From an uncultured delta proteobacterium (GTDB taxonomy: Bacteria; Desulfobacterota; Desulfobacteria; Desulfobacterales; SG8-13), in assembly GCA_963848135.1 (NCBI GenBank), contig CAWKCK010000017.1:124001-188000 (forward strand): a stretch of 64,000 nucleotides of DNA, given 5' to 3'. The notes under the pieces are model-generated. The model searched no databases, was not told the origin of the DNA, and saw only the letters and a program-made list of their open reading frames with translations. This document shows, in pieces, positions 1 through 11,992 of the stretch. Every line of letters starts with the position of its first letter. Position 1 is the stretch's first letter. The position numbers were made by a program, and so were the translations under genes.

Positions 1-3000
1 AAAACACCTAGCACTGTCGCCAGGGTCATTCCCCCCAGCAAGGCCATACCCATGACCACCCGGGCTTCGGCTCCAGCACCGGAGGCGACGACCAGCGGCA
101 ACACACCCAGTATGAACGAAAATGCGGTCATCAGGATCGGTCGAAATCTTAGTTTGGCTGCTTTGGTGGCGGCCTCAAACAGCGAAAGTCCCTTGTTGAA
201 TTCCAGGTTGGCAAATTCAACGATCAAAATGGCATTCTTGGCAGCCATGGCAATCAACATGACAAGAGCGATCTGGGCAAATATGTTGAGCTCATAACTC
301 TGGCTGTACATCCGGGCCAGATACAACGCCACAAAGGCCCCGAAGATCGCAAACGGTGTTCCCAACAGGATGCTGAGTGGCAGCGACCAGCTTTCGTACT
401 GGGCAGCGAGGATCAGATAAACAAACACCAGGGAAAAGACAAACACAATCGCGCCGGTGCCGGAGGCCTTTTTCTCCTGAAAGGACATATTGCTCCAGGC
501 ATAACCCATATCCCCAGGCAATACCTCGGCCGCCACCTGCTCCAAGGCGCTTAGCGCCTGGGCGGATGTGAAACCGGGAGCGGGTCCACCGGTAAGTTCA
601 ACCGATCGGTATAGATTGAACCGGTTGGTAAAATCGGGGCCGGAAATATCTCTGATCCTGACAAAGGCCGCCAGGGGCACGCTGTCCCCCTCGCTGTTGT
701 TGACAAAAAACTGGTTGACCATCTCCTCACTCAACCGGTACTCCGGTTCGGCCTGGATATAGGCCTTGTAGAGTCTGCCAAAACGATTGAAGTCGTTCAC
801 GTACGAACCGCCCAGAAAAGCACCGATGGACGTGTAGATGTCGTTCAAAGAAATGCCGGCCTTGAGAACCTTGTCGATATTGATATCCATATAACGTTGA
901 GGGACGGCGGCCCGAAAGGTCGTAAACACGGATCCAATCTCCGGTCGTTCCATCGCAGCTTGAACGAATCTGGCAGTCTCGCCGGCAAGGTATTCGGTCG
1001 TATTTCCCCTCCGGTCCTGAACCAGGATGGTAAATCCTGAACCGCTGCCCAACCCGGGTATGGCCGGTGGACCGAAGGCAAACACCTGGGCCTCGTTGAT
1101 ACCCGAGCGAAAATCCTTGTTTAGCAGGGCAACCACCTCATTAGCCGTCTTTTGCCGATCTTTCCAGTCTTTGAGGGCAATAAACAGAAAACCAGCATTA
1201 GACGAATAGCTGTTCGAAATCATACTGAACCCGGTTGCCGCGGTGATAAATTCCACCTCTTCATATTGCCCAATGATTTTTTCGACCTTTTTGGTCACGG
1301 CATCAGAACGTTGCATGGAAGCGGCATCCGGCAATTGAATATTGACCATGAAATAGCCCTGGTCTTCTTCGGGCATGAAACCACCGGGAAGAACATTTCC
1401 CAAATAACCCAACCCGACCACGATAACGACGATGAAGACGAGGCCCCGGACAATCTTGCGGGTAACGATGTTGGTCACCTTCATATAACCATCGGTCGAT
1501 ATGTCAAAGACCTTGTTGAAACCTTTAAAAAACAGGCCCAGCGGACCGCGGGACTCTTTTCGTTTTCTAAGCAGAAGAGAACAGAGCGCCGGGCTGAGCG
1601 TGAGCGCATTGACCGAGGAGAAGACCACCGACACTGCCACAGTGATAGCAAACTGCTGGTAGAGCCTTCCGGTGATGCCCCCCATGACGGCCACCGGGAT
1701 AAAGACGGCCACTAAAACCAGGGTGGTGGCGATAACAGGTGCGGTGACCTCCTTCATGGCTTCCTCTGTGGCCGTTCGGGGGTCCATGCCTTCCTCGATC
1801 TTAACCTGCACGGCCTCCACAACGACGATGGCATCGTCAACCACGATACCGATCGCCAGAACCAGGCCCAGTAGGGACAGCACGTTGATGGTAAAACCGA
1901 TCATCGGAAATACGATGAAAGCACCCACCAGTGAAACCGGTATCGCAATGGTGGGAATCAATGCCGCGCGCCAGTCCTGAATAAAAATGTACACCACCAG
2001 GATCACCAACGCCAAGGCGATAAAAAGCGTTTCAATGATTTCATCGATACCGGCGCTAATCGCCAACGTGGTGTCAAGAGAAATATCGTACCTAATACTC
2101 TGCGGGAAAGAGGCAGCCAGTTCTTCCATGGCCTGCCGGACCTGTTCGGCCAACTCCACCGCGTTGGAACCTGGCGCCTGATAAAGGGAGATCATGCCGC
2201 ATGGTTTGTCGTTAAGCCGGGTAAAAGCATTGTAGGTTTCCACGCCCAGTTCAACCTGGGCAATATGCTTGATTTTGACCTGCGACCCATCCTCAGCGGT
2301 TCTGACAACAATCTCGCCAAATTCTTTTTCGGTTTGCAGCCGTTCGGGAAGCTTCACCGTGTAGGTGAACTCGGTGCCCGGCGGGGCCGGTTCGGCACCG
2401 AATTTACCCCCTGGCACAATAACACTTTGAGAGCGGATCGCATCCACGATTTCCGGCACCGATATCCCCAGGACGGCCAGCCGGTCCGGTTTGATCCAGA
2501 TCCGCATGGAATAGTCACTGGCGCCGATGACGCTGACCCGACCGATACCCCTAATACGGGCGAGGGTGTCTTTGATGTTGATGAGGGCATAATTCCCCAG
2601 GAACTGCTGGTCGTAGCGTCCGTCTTCGGAAGTCAAAGAAATCAGCATAAGAATGTTGGGAAGCGACTTCTGGGTGGTTACCCCGTAGCGTTTGACCTCC
2701 TCGGGCAATTTGGCGGTGGCTGCAGCCACCCGGTTCTGGGTAAATACGGTGTTCATGTCCGGATCGGTACCGACCTCGAACGACACCTCGATCGTCATGG
2801 TCCCATCGTTGGCATTGATTGACTTCATGTAGATCATGTTGTCGACGCCGTTGATTTCCTGCTCCAGCGGTGTCGCCACCGACTGTTCTACACTGATGGC
2901 ATCGGCACCGGTGTAGGTGGTACGCACCTCGACGATGGGTGGGGTAATATTCGGGTACTGCTCAGTGGGAAGACCACCCAAGAATACGACACCCACGATG

Positions 3001-3059
3001 ACCGTGAATATCGCTATAACCATGGCCACGATGGGCCGTCTGACAAAAAAATTACCCAT
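1..3059 (-). CDS. RND efflux transporter permease subunit (AcrB/HAE1 family), runs off the window's left edge
   Basis: Absent from the ORF track because no stop codon lies in the window. Manual translation from ATG 3059 gives MGNFFVRRPIVAMVIAIFTVIVGVVFLGGLPTEQYPNITPPIVEV...VATPLEQEINGVDNMIYM and later GIVVDDAIVVVE and LRFRPILMTAFSFILGVLPL. Confidence 0.95.
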   Translation of the reverse strand, partial: MGNFFVRRPIVAMVIAIFTVIVGVVFLGGLPTEQYPNITPPIVEVRTTYTGADAISVEQSVATPLEQEINGVDNMIYMKSINANDGTMTIEVSFEVGTDPDMNTVFTQNRVAAATAKLPEEVKRYGVTTQKSLPNILMLISLTSEDGRYDQQFLGNYALINIKDTLARIRGIGRVSVIGASDYSMRIWIKPDRLAVLGISVPEIVDAIRSQSVIVPGGKFGAEPAPPGTEFTYTVKLPERLQTEKEFGEIVVRTAEDGSQVKIKHIAQVELGVETYNAFTRLNDKPCGMISLYQAPGSNAVELAEQVRQAMEELAASFPQSIRYDISLDTTLAISAGIDEIIETLFIALALVILVVYIFIQDWRAALIPTIAIPVSLVGAFIVFPMIGFTINVLSLLGLVLAIGIVVDDAIVVVEAVQVKIEEGMDPRTATEEAMKEVTAPVIATTLVLVAVFIPVAVMGGITGRLYQQFAITVAVSVVFSSVNALTLSPALCSLLLRKRKESRGPLGLFFKGFNKVFDISTDGYMKVTNIVTRKIVRGLVFIVVIVVGLGYLGNVLPGGFMPEEDQGYFMVNIQLPDAASMQRSDAVTKKVEKIIGQYEEVEFITAATGFSMISNSYSSNAGFLFIALKDWKDRQKTANEVVALLNKDFRSGINEAQVFAFGPPAIPGLGSGSGFTILVQDRRGNTTEYLAGETARFVQAAMERPEIGSVFTTFRAAVPQRYMDINIDKVLKAGISLNDIYTSIGAFLGGSYVNDFNRFGRLYKAYIQAEPEYRLSEEMVNQFFVNNSEGDSVPLAAFVRIRDISGPDFTNRFNLYRSVELTGGPAPGFTSAQALSALEQVAAEVLPGDMGYAWSNMSFQEKKASGTGAIVFVFSLVFVYLILAAQYESWSLPLSILLGTPFAIFGAFVALYLARMYSQSYELNIFAQIALVMLIAMAAKNAILIVEFANLEFNKGLSLFEAATKAAKLRFRPILMTAFSFILGVLPLVVASGAGAEARVVMGMALLGGMTLATVLGV

Positions 3060-3071
3060 GTCTGATCACTC

Positions 3072-4214
3072 TCACTTTTGTTCCGCCTTTTCAATCTCTT
3101 TGACTGTCGGCTCCACAACCACCCCGTCCCTGGCCAACTGCAAGCCTTCGTACACAACCTTTTCTCCGGGCTTAAGTCCTTCGGTGATCAGCCAGAATTC
3201 CCTAACCTTCGGACCGACTTTTACGTCCCTGCGCTCTGTTTTGTTACCCTCATCGACCACAAAAACGCTGAAAGTGCCCTGAAGCTCGGCAACACACCGT
3301 TGCGGAATTAAAATAGCATCTTTAACCACCTCGACTTCGATATTCACTTTGGCGAACTGTCCCGGCCGAAGCAGTTTATCCGGGTTTGGAAAAGACGCTT
3401 GAACCAGCATGGCACCGGTGGTGGGATCCACCTCGCGGCCGACAAAATCGGCCTTACCCTTGTGACCGTAAACTGATCCGTCCACCAGAATCAGCTCGAA
3501 GGTGGACTTTCCCGCCTTTCTGGTCTCCTTATTATTCTGGGCCCTGAAGCGGGCCACCTCCAGGTATTGTGACTCGGTGATGAAAAAGTTAACCAGAATC
3601 TTGTCGATTTGCGACACCGTGTTCAGGATGACCGGATTGGGTGCGCGCCCCACGAAATCCCCGACTTTGGCCTGGGTTTTGCCGATAATCCCGTTGATGG
3701 GAGAATAAATCTTCGTGTAGCCGAGCTGGATCTCTGCAGCTCTGAGATTCGCCTGCGTCGCTTTGAGCGAAGCAATAGACGCCTCGTGTATCGCCACGGC
3801 TGTGTCCAGGTCGCTTTCACTGACCGCTTTGACCTTGGCGAGCGGCTCTATCCGGTCCAAGTCGCCCTTGGCTTTGGCCAGCATCGTCTTTGCCTCGGCC
3901 ACACGGCTCATCTGAGCGGCAACCTTTTCCTCGTACGATTGGCTTTCGAGCGTGTATAGCAATGCCCCGGTTTCGACTTCCGACCCCTCCTGGAAATGAA
4001 TCCCTTCCAGGAACCCTTCCACCCGCGCCCCTATATCGATGTCCTTCAGTCCGAAGACCTGGCCGACAAACTCCTGGTGGATGGGAACTTCCTGGGCTTC
4101 GGTCACGATAACCGTTACCTTGGGCGGCGGGGCCTCCTTCGGGGCTTCTTTTTTCTCACAGGCAACAAGGGCCAACAACAGACAAACGGCGATACACAGA
4201 ATCCTCTGTCTCAT
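3072..4214 (-). CDS. RND efflux periplasmic adaptor (membrane fusion protein), lipoprotein
   Basis: Lipobox LVAC; ARVEGFL, LGYTKIYSPINGIIG, VDPTTG, FPNPDKLLRPGQF motifs; directly upstream of the RND permease. Confidence 0.95.
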   Translation of the reverse strand: MRQRILCIAVCLLLALVACEKKEAPKEAPPPKVTVIVTEAQEVPIHQEFVGQVFGLKDIDIGARVEGFLEGIHFQEGSEVETGALLYTLESQSYEEKVAAQMSRVAEAKTMLAKAKGDLDRIEPLAKVKAVSESDLDTAVAIHEASIASLKATQANLRAAEIQLGYTKIYSPINGIIGKTQAKVGDFVGRAPNPVILNTVSQIDKILVNFFITESQYLEVARFRAQNNKETRKAGKSTFELILVDGSVYGHKGKADFVGREVDPTTGAMLVQASFPNPDKLLRPGQFAKVNIEVEVVKDAILIPQRCVAELQGTFSVFVVDEGNKTERRDVKVGPKVREFWLITEGLKPGEKVVYEGLQLARDGVVVEPTVKEIEKAEQK

Positions 4215-4359
4215 TATGATATCTTTTCAATTTTTAGGGGTTGACGATAAACTCACGCCATCACTCGCCAAACAGATACGAAATTTGTGTCAGAAAAAGC
4301 ACAGCATATTTCATCGATACAGTACAATCGATCTTATGAATGTGGATCACGTCTAAGTA

Positions 4360-4460
4360 CAAAACGCCGGCCAAACAAGAAGCGCAGCGTGCGTATGTGT
4401 AAGTGAGCATTTTAAGGAGGACCGAAAAACTTTGACTTTTCCGCCTTTGGCGGATTAAAC
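4360..4460. repeat. Degenerate intergenic repeat related to 38744-38908, with TCCGCCTTTGGCGGA hairpin
   Basis: Reverse complement AAAATGCTCACTTACACATACGCACGCTGCGCT resembles AAAATGCTCATTTATCACACATAAACTCCGCT at 38821. Confidence 0.4.
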
Positions 4461-4489
4461 GTTAGATGGGTTTTTGATATCGTTTGTTG

Positions 4490-6067
4490 TCACAGTTGCG
4501 ATTCGATCGGCAGCATCCCCATAAATCCAACGCCAAAACGCTGCCAGAAACCGGTGTAGGGGTCTGTATTGAATTCTACCGGTTGGCCATCCTCAAATCC
4601 GTGCCAGACAATCCTCTCGCGTTTATCCTTGCCTTTCATCAGCTCCAGCTTGAAAGCGATTTTCTCGATGTTGTCATCGAACCACTTCCCCATCTCACCG
4701 CCGAGTTCCGTTGAGTCAAGCACAACACCGATTTCGGTATTGTGGAGGGTGGCACGCGGGTCGAGATTGAGCGAACCGATAAAAACCCTCTGGCGGTCGA
4801 AGACAAACGATTTGGCATGCAGGCTGGCTTTGGAAGATCCATACGGGCCTTTTTTCTCTTTGCGCTGCTGCCGGGTCAGTCGCTTGTTCATTTCGTAGAG
4901 CTCCACACCATCGCGCAGCAGTGCCTTGCGGTACTTGGCATAGCCCGAGTGCACGATGCCGACATCATTTGAGGCCAGCGAATTGGTCAGAATGCGTACT
5001 CTTACACCCCGTTGGCTGAGTTGGGTCAGAAATGCTGTACCCTGTTTTCCCGGAACAAAATAAGGGGAAAAAATGATCAGCTCCTTCTGGACTCCTGCAA
5101 AATAAGGCTTCAACTGTGGTGCCAAATGATATTCGGTCTCGTCGAAATCTTTTTGAATCTTCTCCGGCAAATCATACACAACCTCGGCATGGCCCCAGGA
5201 ATAGCGAATTGCATTCTGCCTGATCTTATCGGCAAGGTCCGAATTCCGCAAAGCCGCGAGGTAAGCGGAGTCCGCTTGCTGGACGACAAATTCATTCAAT
5301 TGTTGTCGCTTTTGGTCAATTTCGGCGGCGGTCGGCGGTTCACCTTTGAGTACGAGGGCCGGGTAAGCCAGTTCGCTGTTCCAGTAGAGGTCGAAAGCGG
5401 TTGAAACCTCATCGACTACCGGACCGATGACGAGCACATCCAGGTCGGCAAAAGCCAGATCCGGATCGGCTTCGAAATATTCGTTGCCGATGTTGCGACC
5501 TCCGAGAATGGCCGCCTGATTGTCGACTGTAAACGACTTGTTGTGCATGCGGCGGGTCACCGATCCCATGCGGGTAACAAATTGTGACATACGGCTCGTC
5601 TTGCGGCTGAACGGGTTGAAAATACGCACTTCGATATTGGGATGGGCGTCAAGCACAGCCGCTCCCAAATCCCGGCCGCTCAGATCCATGTCGTCGACCA
5701 ACAGGCGCACCCGGATGCCCCGATCGGCCGCTTTGAGCAGTTGATCGATAAACAGTCTTCCGACCATATCGTTGTGGAGAAGGTAGTACTGGGCATCTAT
5801 ACTGCGTTCAGCGACCTGAGCCAGCACCGCACGGGCCACAAATGCATCCAGGCCGTTTCCCAGTAAAAAATATCCGGCCTGACCGGGATTGGCCTCTTTT
5901 TCAGCCCGGCCGACGTGTCCGAGGCGGGTGTTGTCCGTATCCGTGTAAGCATGGGAAACCGGTCGCTCGAAATCTTTCGGAAGGGTCGCGCAGCCATACC
6001 CCAGAAGTGAGACCAGAACTGTCACGGTAATGGTATATCGGTATAAAACTAACATTGTGTGCCTCAT
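4490..6067 (-). CDS. Phospholipase D family lipoprotein (ClsC/YmdC-like)
   Basis: Two HKD motifs (MHNKSFTVD, LHAKSFVFD), GGRNIGNEYF and GSLNLDPR; lipobox GYGC. Confidence 0.9.
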   Translation of the reverse strand: MRHTMLVLYRYTITVTVLVSLLGYGCATLPKDFERPVSHAYTDTDNTRLGHVGRAEKEANPGQAGYFLLGNGLDAFVARAVLAQVAERSIDAQYYLLHNDMVGRLFIDQLLKAADRGIRVRLLVDDMDLSGRDLGAAVLDAHPNIEVRIFNPFSRKTSRMSQFVTRMGSVTRRMHNKSFTVDNQAAILGGRNIGNEYFEADPDLAFADLDVLVIGPVVDEVSTAFDLYWNSELAYPALVLKGEPPTAAEIDQKRQQLNEFVVQQADSAYLAALRNSDLADKIRQNAIRYSWGHAEVVYDLPEKIQKDFDETEYHLAPQLKPYFAGVQKELIIFSPYFVPGKQGTAFLTQLSQRGVRVRILTNSLASNDVGIVHSGYAKYRKALLRDGVELYEMNKRLTRQQRKEKKGPYGSSKASLHAKSFVFDRQRVFIGSLNLDPRATLHNTEIGVVLDSTELGGEMGKWFDDNIEKIAFKLELMKGKDKRERIVWHGFEDGQPVEFNTDPYTGFWQRFGVGFMGMLPIESQL

Positions 6068-6639
6068 CCGTAAGATATAGTGTTTGTGGGTGAAATGTCT
6101 CCATAACGGATCGTTTCACCCACAACCTCTTAATATTACCCTATTGTATTGCGGAATTAATTTATGAAAAGCAGTAAGTGTCATTCAAGATATGGAATTT
6201 AAAAATCTCGACCTATCCAAATCACGATTAATATGATGGGTCAATGTTTTAAAGCGCCAAAGCATTTAATTGAGCCATAGGGGAGTTTTCATCAACTGGG
6301 AGCGGAGGAAATGATCAGCGACTTCAGCGCGCAAACTCATGCATAAGGCAACCTAACGAAAGAACAGTTTTCATAATAATAACAGAATTTTCAACCAATT
6401 CACTCATTGTGGTTACAACGCACAGCCGGAGTTGCCGCTGTTCTTTCCCAAAGCTGCCTAAAGCATTCAGACAGTGCTCGCTTTCGCTGCTGATCATTCC
6501 CCCCGCTCTGGTGCAGCATTTGCGGGAAAAACTCCCCGACTGCTGCTTTAATTGGCTCCAGCCGTCTTTTTGGGGGATCAATCCCGGCACCTTTATTATC
6601 TAAGATAGTGCACGCACACATTTTTGCCCAATTTCAGAA

Positions 6640-7827
6640 TCATTCAAATCCGGGAGGGGCCTTGGCCCAGGGATATCCCTCTTGGGCCAGTCGATATCCC
6701 AGCTCGAAAAGCTCTCTCATGTAGACCGGATCGAAGATTTCATTGGTTTTCAGATCAAAATCATCAGGAATATATGCCAGGTTGTATTCGAGACCGTCCC
6801 TCCGGCAGTTGAGATAAATCCGGTACATATCCCCGATACCCTGGGTCCGGATGAGAGAGTTGATCGATTCGCCGGCAATGGGTACGATTTTGGGTTTCAC
6901 GGTTTCCCAATCAGGCGCGAGAAAGGAGTTGCGTATCAAAAAAGCCCGGGGAGCACCTTTCACCTCGAGTTTCTGGGTGACACGACCCCAATCGATGCCA
7001 GCCGGGTAGAGAAAGATTTGGGAGGCGGTCCCACCGTCCACGTGCATTTCATCGTATTTTTTGCCGTCCGCTTCGACCTCGATCAGCACCGGAGGAAAGA
7101 TTGCCGGTATGGACGCAGAGGCCAGGATCACCTGGTGAATCAACGCCAGGGCTTCCGAACTGCCGCTGGCGGCGATGACGCCAATATTCCAGATCACCGG
7201 CCGCTTGGCATCGAGATTGGTGGTGCCGATCCACAGCGCGCGCCCCTTATGGTACTCAGCGGCAATGGCCTCCATGACTTGCTGGTTATAGTATTTAGCG
7301 ATCAGATTTCTCAACGGTCTCGTATCGACGGCAGAGTATCCGGTAATGGCCGCCAGAATGTTGCGCTTTATCACAAGATCCCTGGTGGAATAGGTCGTGT
7401 AGATCTCCTTTAATTGGGTATCATACCCCGAACCAAGAAAGGCAAAGGGTGCCGCGAGGGCACCGGTGCTGATACCGGTAACCATGGTGAACTCGGGGCG
7501 GGTCCCGGCAGCGGACCACCCCACCAACAGTCCGGCCCCGAAAGCACCGTTCGCCCCGCCACCGGAAATGGCGAGATAGTTGTGTTCCCTCCCCATGACG
7601 CCAGGATACCGTTTCATTAACTCCTCGCGCGATTGCGAAAACCACTCTTGAAAATACATCGGATTTTCATCACCCCAAATTCTTGCCCGCTCAATACCGG
7701 GAATTCGGGCCGTTTCTCCCAATTTTTCAGGTAAGGGTTTGCGTATTGGTATGGCGGCACAGCTGCTCAGTAGAAAGATCATTGCAATAAGGATAGCAAT
7801 GGCTAAATGTCTGTTATTCACTTCCAT
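6640..7827 (-). CDS. Patatin-like phospholipase, lipoprotein
   Basis: SGGGANGAFGAG oxyanion loop, GISTG nucleophile elbow, VDGG catalytic Asp; lipobox LSSC. Confidence 0.92.
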   Translation of the reverse strand: MEVNNRHLAIAILIAMIFLLSSCAAIPIRKPLPEKLGETARIPGIERARIWGDENPMYFQEWFSQSREELMKRYPGVMGREHNYLAISGGGANGAFGAGLLVGWSAAGTRPEFTMVTGISTGALAAPFAFLGSGYDTQLKEIYTTYSTRDLVIKRNILAAITGYSAVDTRPLRNLIAKYYNQQVMEAIAAEYHKGRALWIGTTNLDAKRPVIWNIGVIAASGSSEALALIHQVILASASIPAIFPPVLIEVEADGKKYDEMHVDGGTASQIFLYPAGIDWGRVTQKLEVKGAPRAFLIRNSFLAPDWETVKPKIVPIAGESINSLIRTQGIGDMYRIYLNCRRDGLEYNLAYIPDDFDLKTNEIFDPVYMRELFELGYRLAQEGYPWAKAPPGFE

Positions 7828-7949
7828 ATCTTCCCTTCTCTAACCCTTACGGGTCTTGAATCCCGAATGTTCTCCATCATTCGCTTAACCGTATCCATCG
7901 AATTACCTGTTCAGGTTCATTCAGAATAGATCTGATGGCACGATAGTTT

Positions 7950-8078
7950 TGCCAATTCACGATTTAAGATCTTTTTCGTTGGGCAAAGCCGCACAATGGC
8001 TTGCGGGGGAGTCATACTTCTACTTCTCGGTTGCCGCAGCCGGAAACCTGCGGAAAGGGCCATTTGAGGATGAACACG
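7950..8078 (+). repeat. MITE/REP-like family A, degenerate copy
   Basis: Shares GGGCAAAGCCGCACAA...TTGCGG...GCCGCAGCCGGAAACCTGCGG...GGCCATTT with 52027-52182. Confidence 0.75.
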
Positions 8079-8080
8079 GG

Positions 8081-11000
8081 TTAACTTACCAGTTTATCCG
8101 CCAGCTCGAGCAGGCCATCAAAATCAAAGTCATCGGCCAACCGAACGATCCTTTCGCTGTGGGAGCATATGTATCCGATTGCGATGTCAATTCCTCCGCG
8201 ATGACAGCCAGCTGGGTGACATCACCAATATCGACCGCACTACGGATGCGGGAGGCAATATCATGTGCCAAATCGGGTGGCAGCCCTCCCGCGTTATCCG
8301 CATCAACGGGTTCGGTTGGGTCGGCACTCCGGGGCCATAACGTCCGAATGGCAGTCAACGCCTGGTTTATATCGCTGGCCAGGACAGCGAATTTCTGATC
8401 CACGCGCCCGGGGTCTGGCAGGTTTTGTGGCTCTGCGACCTTCAGTAGCTTTTCAAATTCCGCGGCCGATTCTTGTAATTTTTTTGCTGCCAGATTCCCG
8501 GCCAACCCTTTGATATCGTGCGCCCGGTGTTGCGCCAACCCCCAATCCTTGTTGTCCAGCTCCAATCGTAGGTCATCAGCGGCCGTGGCGTAATTGGTAG
8601 CAAACCCAACAAGTAGCTTTCTATAAAGCGCTCGATTTCCCAGCAGACGTTTCAAGCCTTCTTCGAGGTCGAATCCCGGCAGCGTCTCAGGCAGCTCTTC
8701 TTCTGCCGGATCTGTATTCCTGATGCTTGTTTTTGGCCCCGATGCTCCCGCCAGCTCCTCAGCTCCCCTATGCATGTTCGGTGAAATCCATTTCTGAAGC
8801 GCTGCCAGCAATTGGTCCGGATCGATCGGTTTGGTGACATGATCGTTCATTCCGGCGGCGAGACTTAACTCCGCGTCACCCGCCATGGCATGGGCCGTCA
8901 TCGCTAAGATCGGCACATTTCGAAATTCGGAATCCATTTTCCGAATTTCCCGCGAAGCGGTATAGCCATCCTTCACCGGCATCTGGATGTCCATGAGCAC
9001 GGCATCATAGGTACCGGCTTTCACGGCTTCCACCGCCTTTTGACCGTTATTGACAACGGTAACGATGAGACCAACCTCTTCCAGAATTTCCCGCGCCACC
9101 TGCTGGTTGATCTCATTGTCCTCGGCCAGCAACACCCGCGCTCCCTCTATATTCTTGAAACCATCGACAAGGCCCTTTTCTTTCTTGACCTCCCCGGTAG
9201 AATCCGGAACTTCTTTACCGAAGGCCTGCATGACGGAGTCGAAAAGAACCGAAGGACTCACCGGTTTGAGAAGAAATCCATCCAGGCCTATGTTCTCTGC
9301 ATCCTGAAGCACTTCTTCGCGGCCGTAGGCGGTGACAAGTATAATGGCTGGTTTATGGGACAACCCCGAATAATTTTTGATCCGGGCGGCGGCCTCAATG
9401 CCGTTCATTCCCGGCATTTTCCAGTCCATGATGACCAGTTCGAAGGGGCTATCTTTGTCCGCGCGAACAATCTCATCTATTCCCTCTTCACCGGACACGG
9501 CCAATGACACTTTAAAAGAGAAGGATTCCAGCAAATCCTTCAAAATCCGTCTCGATGTGGCATTGTCGTCCACCACCAGAACCCGCATGCCTCTCATGTC
9601 CATGGCAGGAAGCGATACTTTTTTTGCTTTTCCTTCGCCAATACTGAATACAGCTGTGAAGTAAAATGTCGTGCCCTTCCCGTACGTACTCTCTATCCAG
9701 ATTTCACCACCCATCAAGTTGACGAGTTTTTTGCTGATGGCCAGTCCAAGGCCGGTACCGCCGTATTTGCGTGTCGTCGATGTGTCGGCCTGGGAAAAAG
9801 AAGTAAAGAGTTTGGCCATCTGTTCTTCAGTCAAGCCGATGCCTGTGTCTGAAACCGCAAATCTCAGCGTTACCTGCTCTTCATCTCGGCTGACCAGCTC
9901 GCCGGAAAAAACTATTTCGCCGGTCTCGGTAAACTTGACCGCATTACTCCCCAGGTTGACCAGTATCTGTCCCAGTCGCAGTGAATCGCCTTTTAAAAAC
10001 CGAGGAACATCCGCGGCAACGTCGAAAAGGACCTCGAGTCCCTTTTTTTCCTGAGCCTTGACCGTTATGAGGTTAGCCAAATTGTCCATGACTTCGTCCA
10101 GATTGAATTCGAGCGATTCTATATCAAGTTTACCCGCTTCGATTTTGGAGAAATCGAGAATATCGTTGATGATACCCAGAAGAGACCTTGCCGAGGATTG
10201 GATTTTGTTCAGATAATCCCTTTGCTTCTTCGTTAGCTCTGTCTTAAGGGCAAGATGCGCCATACCGATAACGGCATTCATCGGCGTGCGAATCTCATGG
10301 CTCATGTTGGCCAAAAAATCGCCCTTGGCCCTGCTGGCATCGTCTGCCGCCTGCTTGGCCTGGAAGAGAGCTTCCTCCATTTTTTTGCGGTCGGTAATGT
10401 CCTGTTTGACGGCGACGAAATGGGTAATTTCATTTGCTTCGTTTTTTATGGGTGAAATGGAGGCGCTCTCCCAAAATTCCGTACCGTCTTTGCGCCGATT
10501 GATGAGGTCGCCGCGCCAGACGTCTCCGGAAAGAATCGTTTCCCATAACCCCCTGTATAATGACGCCGGAAGATCTCCCGATTTCAATATACGCGGATTC
10601 TTTCCGGCGGCTTCTTCGGCCGTATATCCGGTGACTTCTGTGAAAGTCGGATTGACGTACTCTATGGTACCGTTTTTATCGGTTATCACCACCGATGCCG
10701 GACTGTCTTCCGTGGCCCGTGACAGTTTGCGCAACTCGGCCGTTCTTTCCTGCACCCGCATTTCCAACTCGTCATGCGATCGCTTCAGGGCCCGGTTCGC
10801 ACGTTCATCGATCAACACGGCGAACATCAGGGATCCCAGGGCAAGCAGAACGGTGACGCCCAGGAGCGCCAGAACGACGGTACGCGTGGTGTAATACGTG
10901 CTCAAGGCTTCGGCCGCATCGAGCTCCATTGCCAGACCGATGCCCAGATCCCGGTCCCACAACCAGGCGCCGTACACCTGTACCCCCCTGTAATCCCGAT

Positions 11001-11919
11001 ACCCCTCCACGTTCTTACCAGATTGCCTTTTGGTTGCCTGTTCGGCCATCACCGTCAAAGGTTGTTGGTACCTTGATGCCACGGGAGTAAACCCCTTCAT
11101 CATATTTCCGCCCGGGTCGCGTAGCCAAAGTGTCAGGATACCCCTTTGGCCTTTGTCGAGCAGACCGATTTCTCTCAACTCTTCATCGAAACGGCTCTCT
11201 GACAAGAGCCGGCCATAACTGTCGAAGGCATAGGTTTCACCGGTTTTTCCCATCCGCCCTAACTGCGTGAAGCGCGTAAAATCATCGGTCGGCTCGATCT
11301 GGTGAGAAAGCGCCGCTATGACGTCACCATCATCATTTTTTATCGGCGCCACGAAGAACATGGTCGGCTTGTTGCCGGTGGAATCTTCGGATAGAAAGCC
11401 CTGCTCGACCTCTGACCACACCGGCGGTACCATAACAGCCTCGCCCTTAAAAACACGATTGAGGAGATCCAAACGTTGGCCGGCAATCAGGTTTTTCGAG
11501 CCCAAGGTATTGCTCTGCTTGCTGGCGATGTTGATAAAATCCGGTGAGATAATGGTAAAATCCGAGGTGCCGAAACGGTCTTTGAATAACCGGAACAATA
11601 CATTCAGTTCGCTTAGGGTCGGACTTTTCCGCAAATCCACCCGGTTGCGGGGGACGGTCAACTGTTTTTCCACTAAAGAAACCAATTGAGGATTACCGCC
11701 GAGACGGGTCAGGAGAAAGCGGTTGCTCTTCGCCCATAGCGCAAGAGATTCTCGTGTGGTCTGAAGCACTGTTTGAAGAGCTTCGCCGGAATCGGCCCTG
11801 ATTCTGTTTTCGACCTTGTCCAGGGCAACCCAGGCAAGAAGAACCACTAAAAGGACAAATGAGACAGCCAGCATGATGACAATATTCAATTTTTGGGTCG
11901 ATCCGGTTTGAGATGCCAA
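8081..11919 (-). CDS. Membrane-bound hybrid sensor histidine kinase (periplasmic sensor, PAS, HisKA, HATPase, two REC, HPt); probable 1-bp frameshift near 8160
   Basis: [26 protein letters not shown] domains VLVVDDN...MDWKMP and VLLAEDN...MDIQMP, HPt [11 protein letters not shown]. An alternative frame after ~8160 reads [25 protein letters not shown], a more protein-like ending than the ORF-track end at 8086. Confidence 0.93.
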
Positions 11920-11992
11920 TGATGATTTCCTGAATGTTTTTGAGATCTGCCGATTATTGTTTTTGGGGAAAAAGGCTTTTTAGGGGTGGAGA

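Noticed and set aside
52..3282. Many plus-strand ORFs in the track
   Set aside because: Antisense shadows of the minus-strand RND genes; the same applies to most short overlapping ORFs elsewhere.
6070..6639. Short ORFs or riboswitch between PLD and patatin
   Set aside because: No recognisable protein or aptamer motif.
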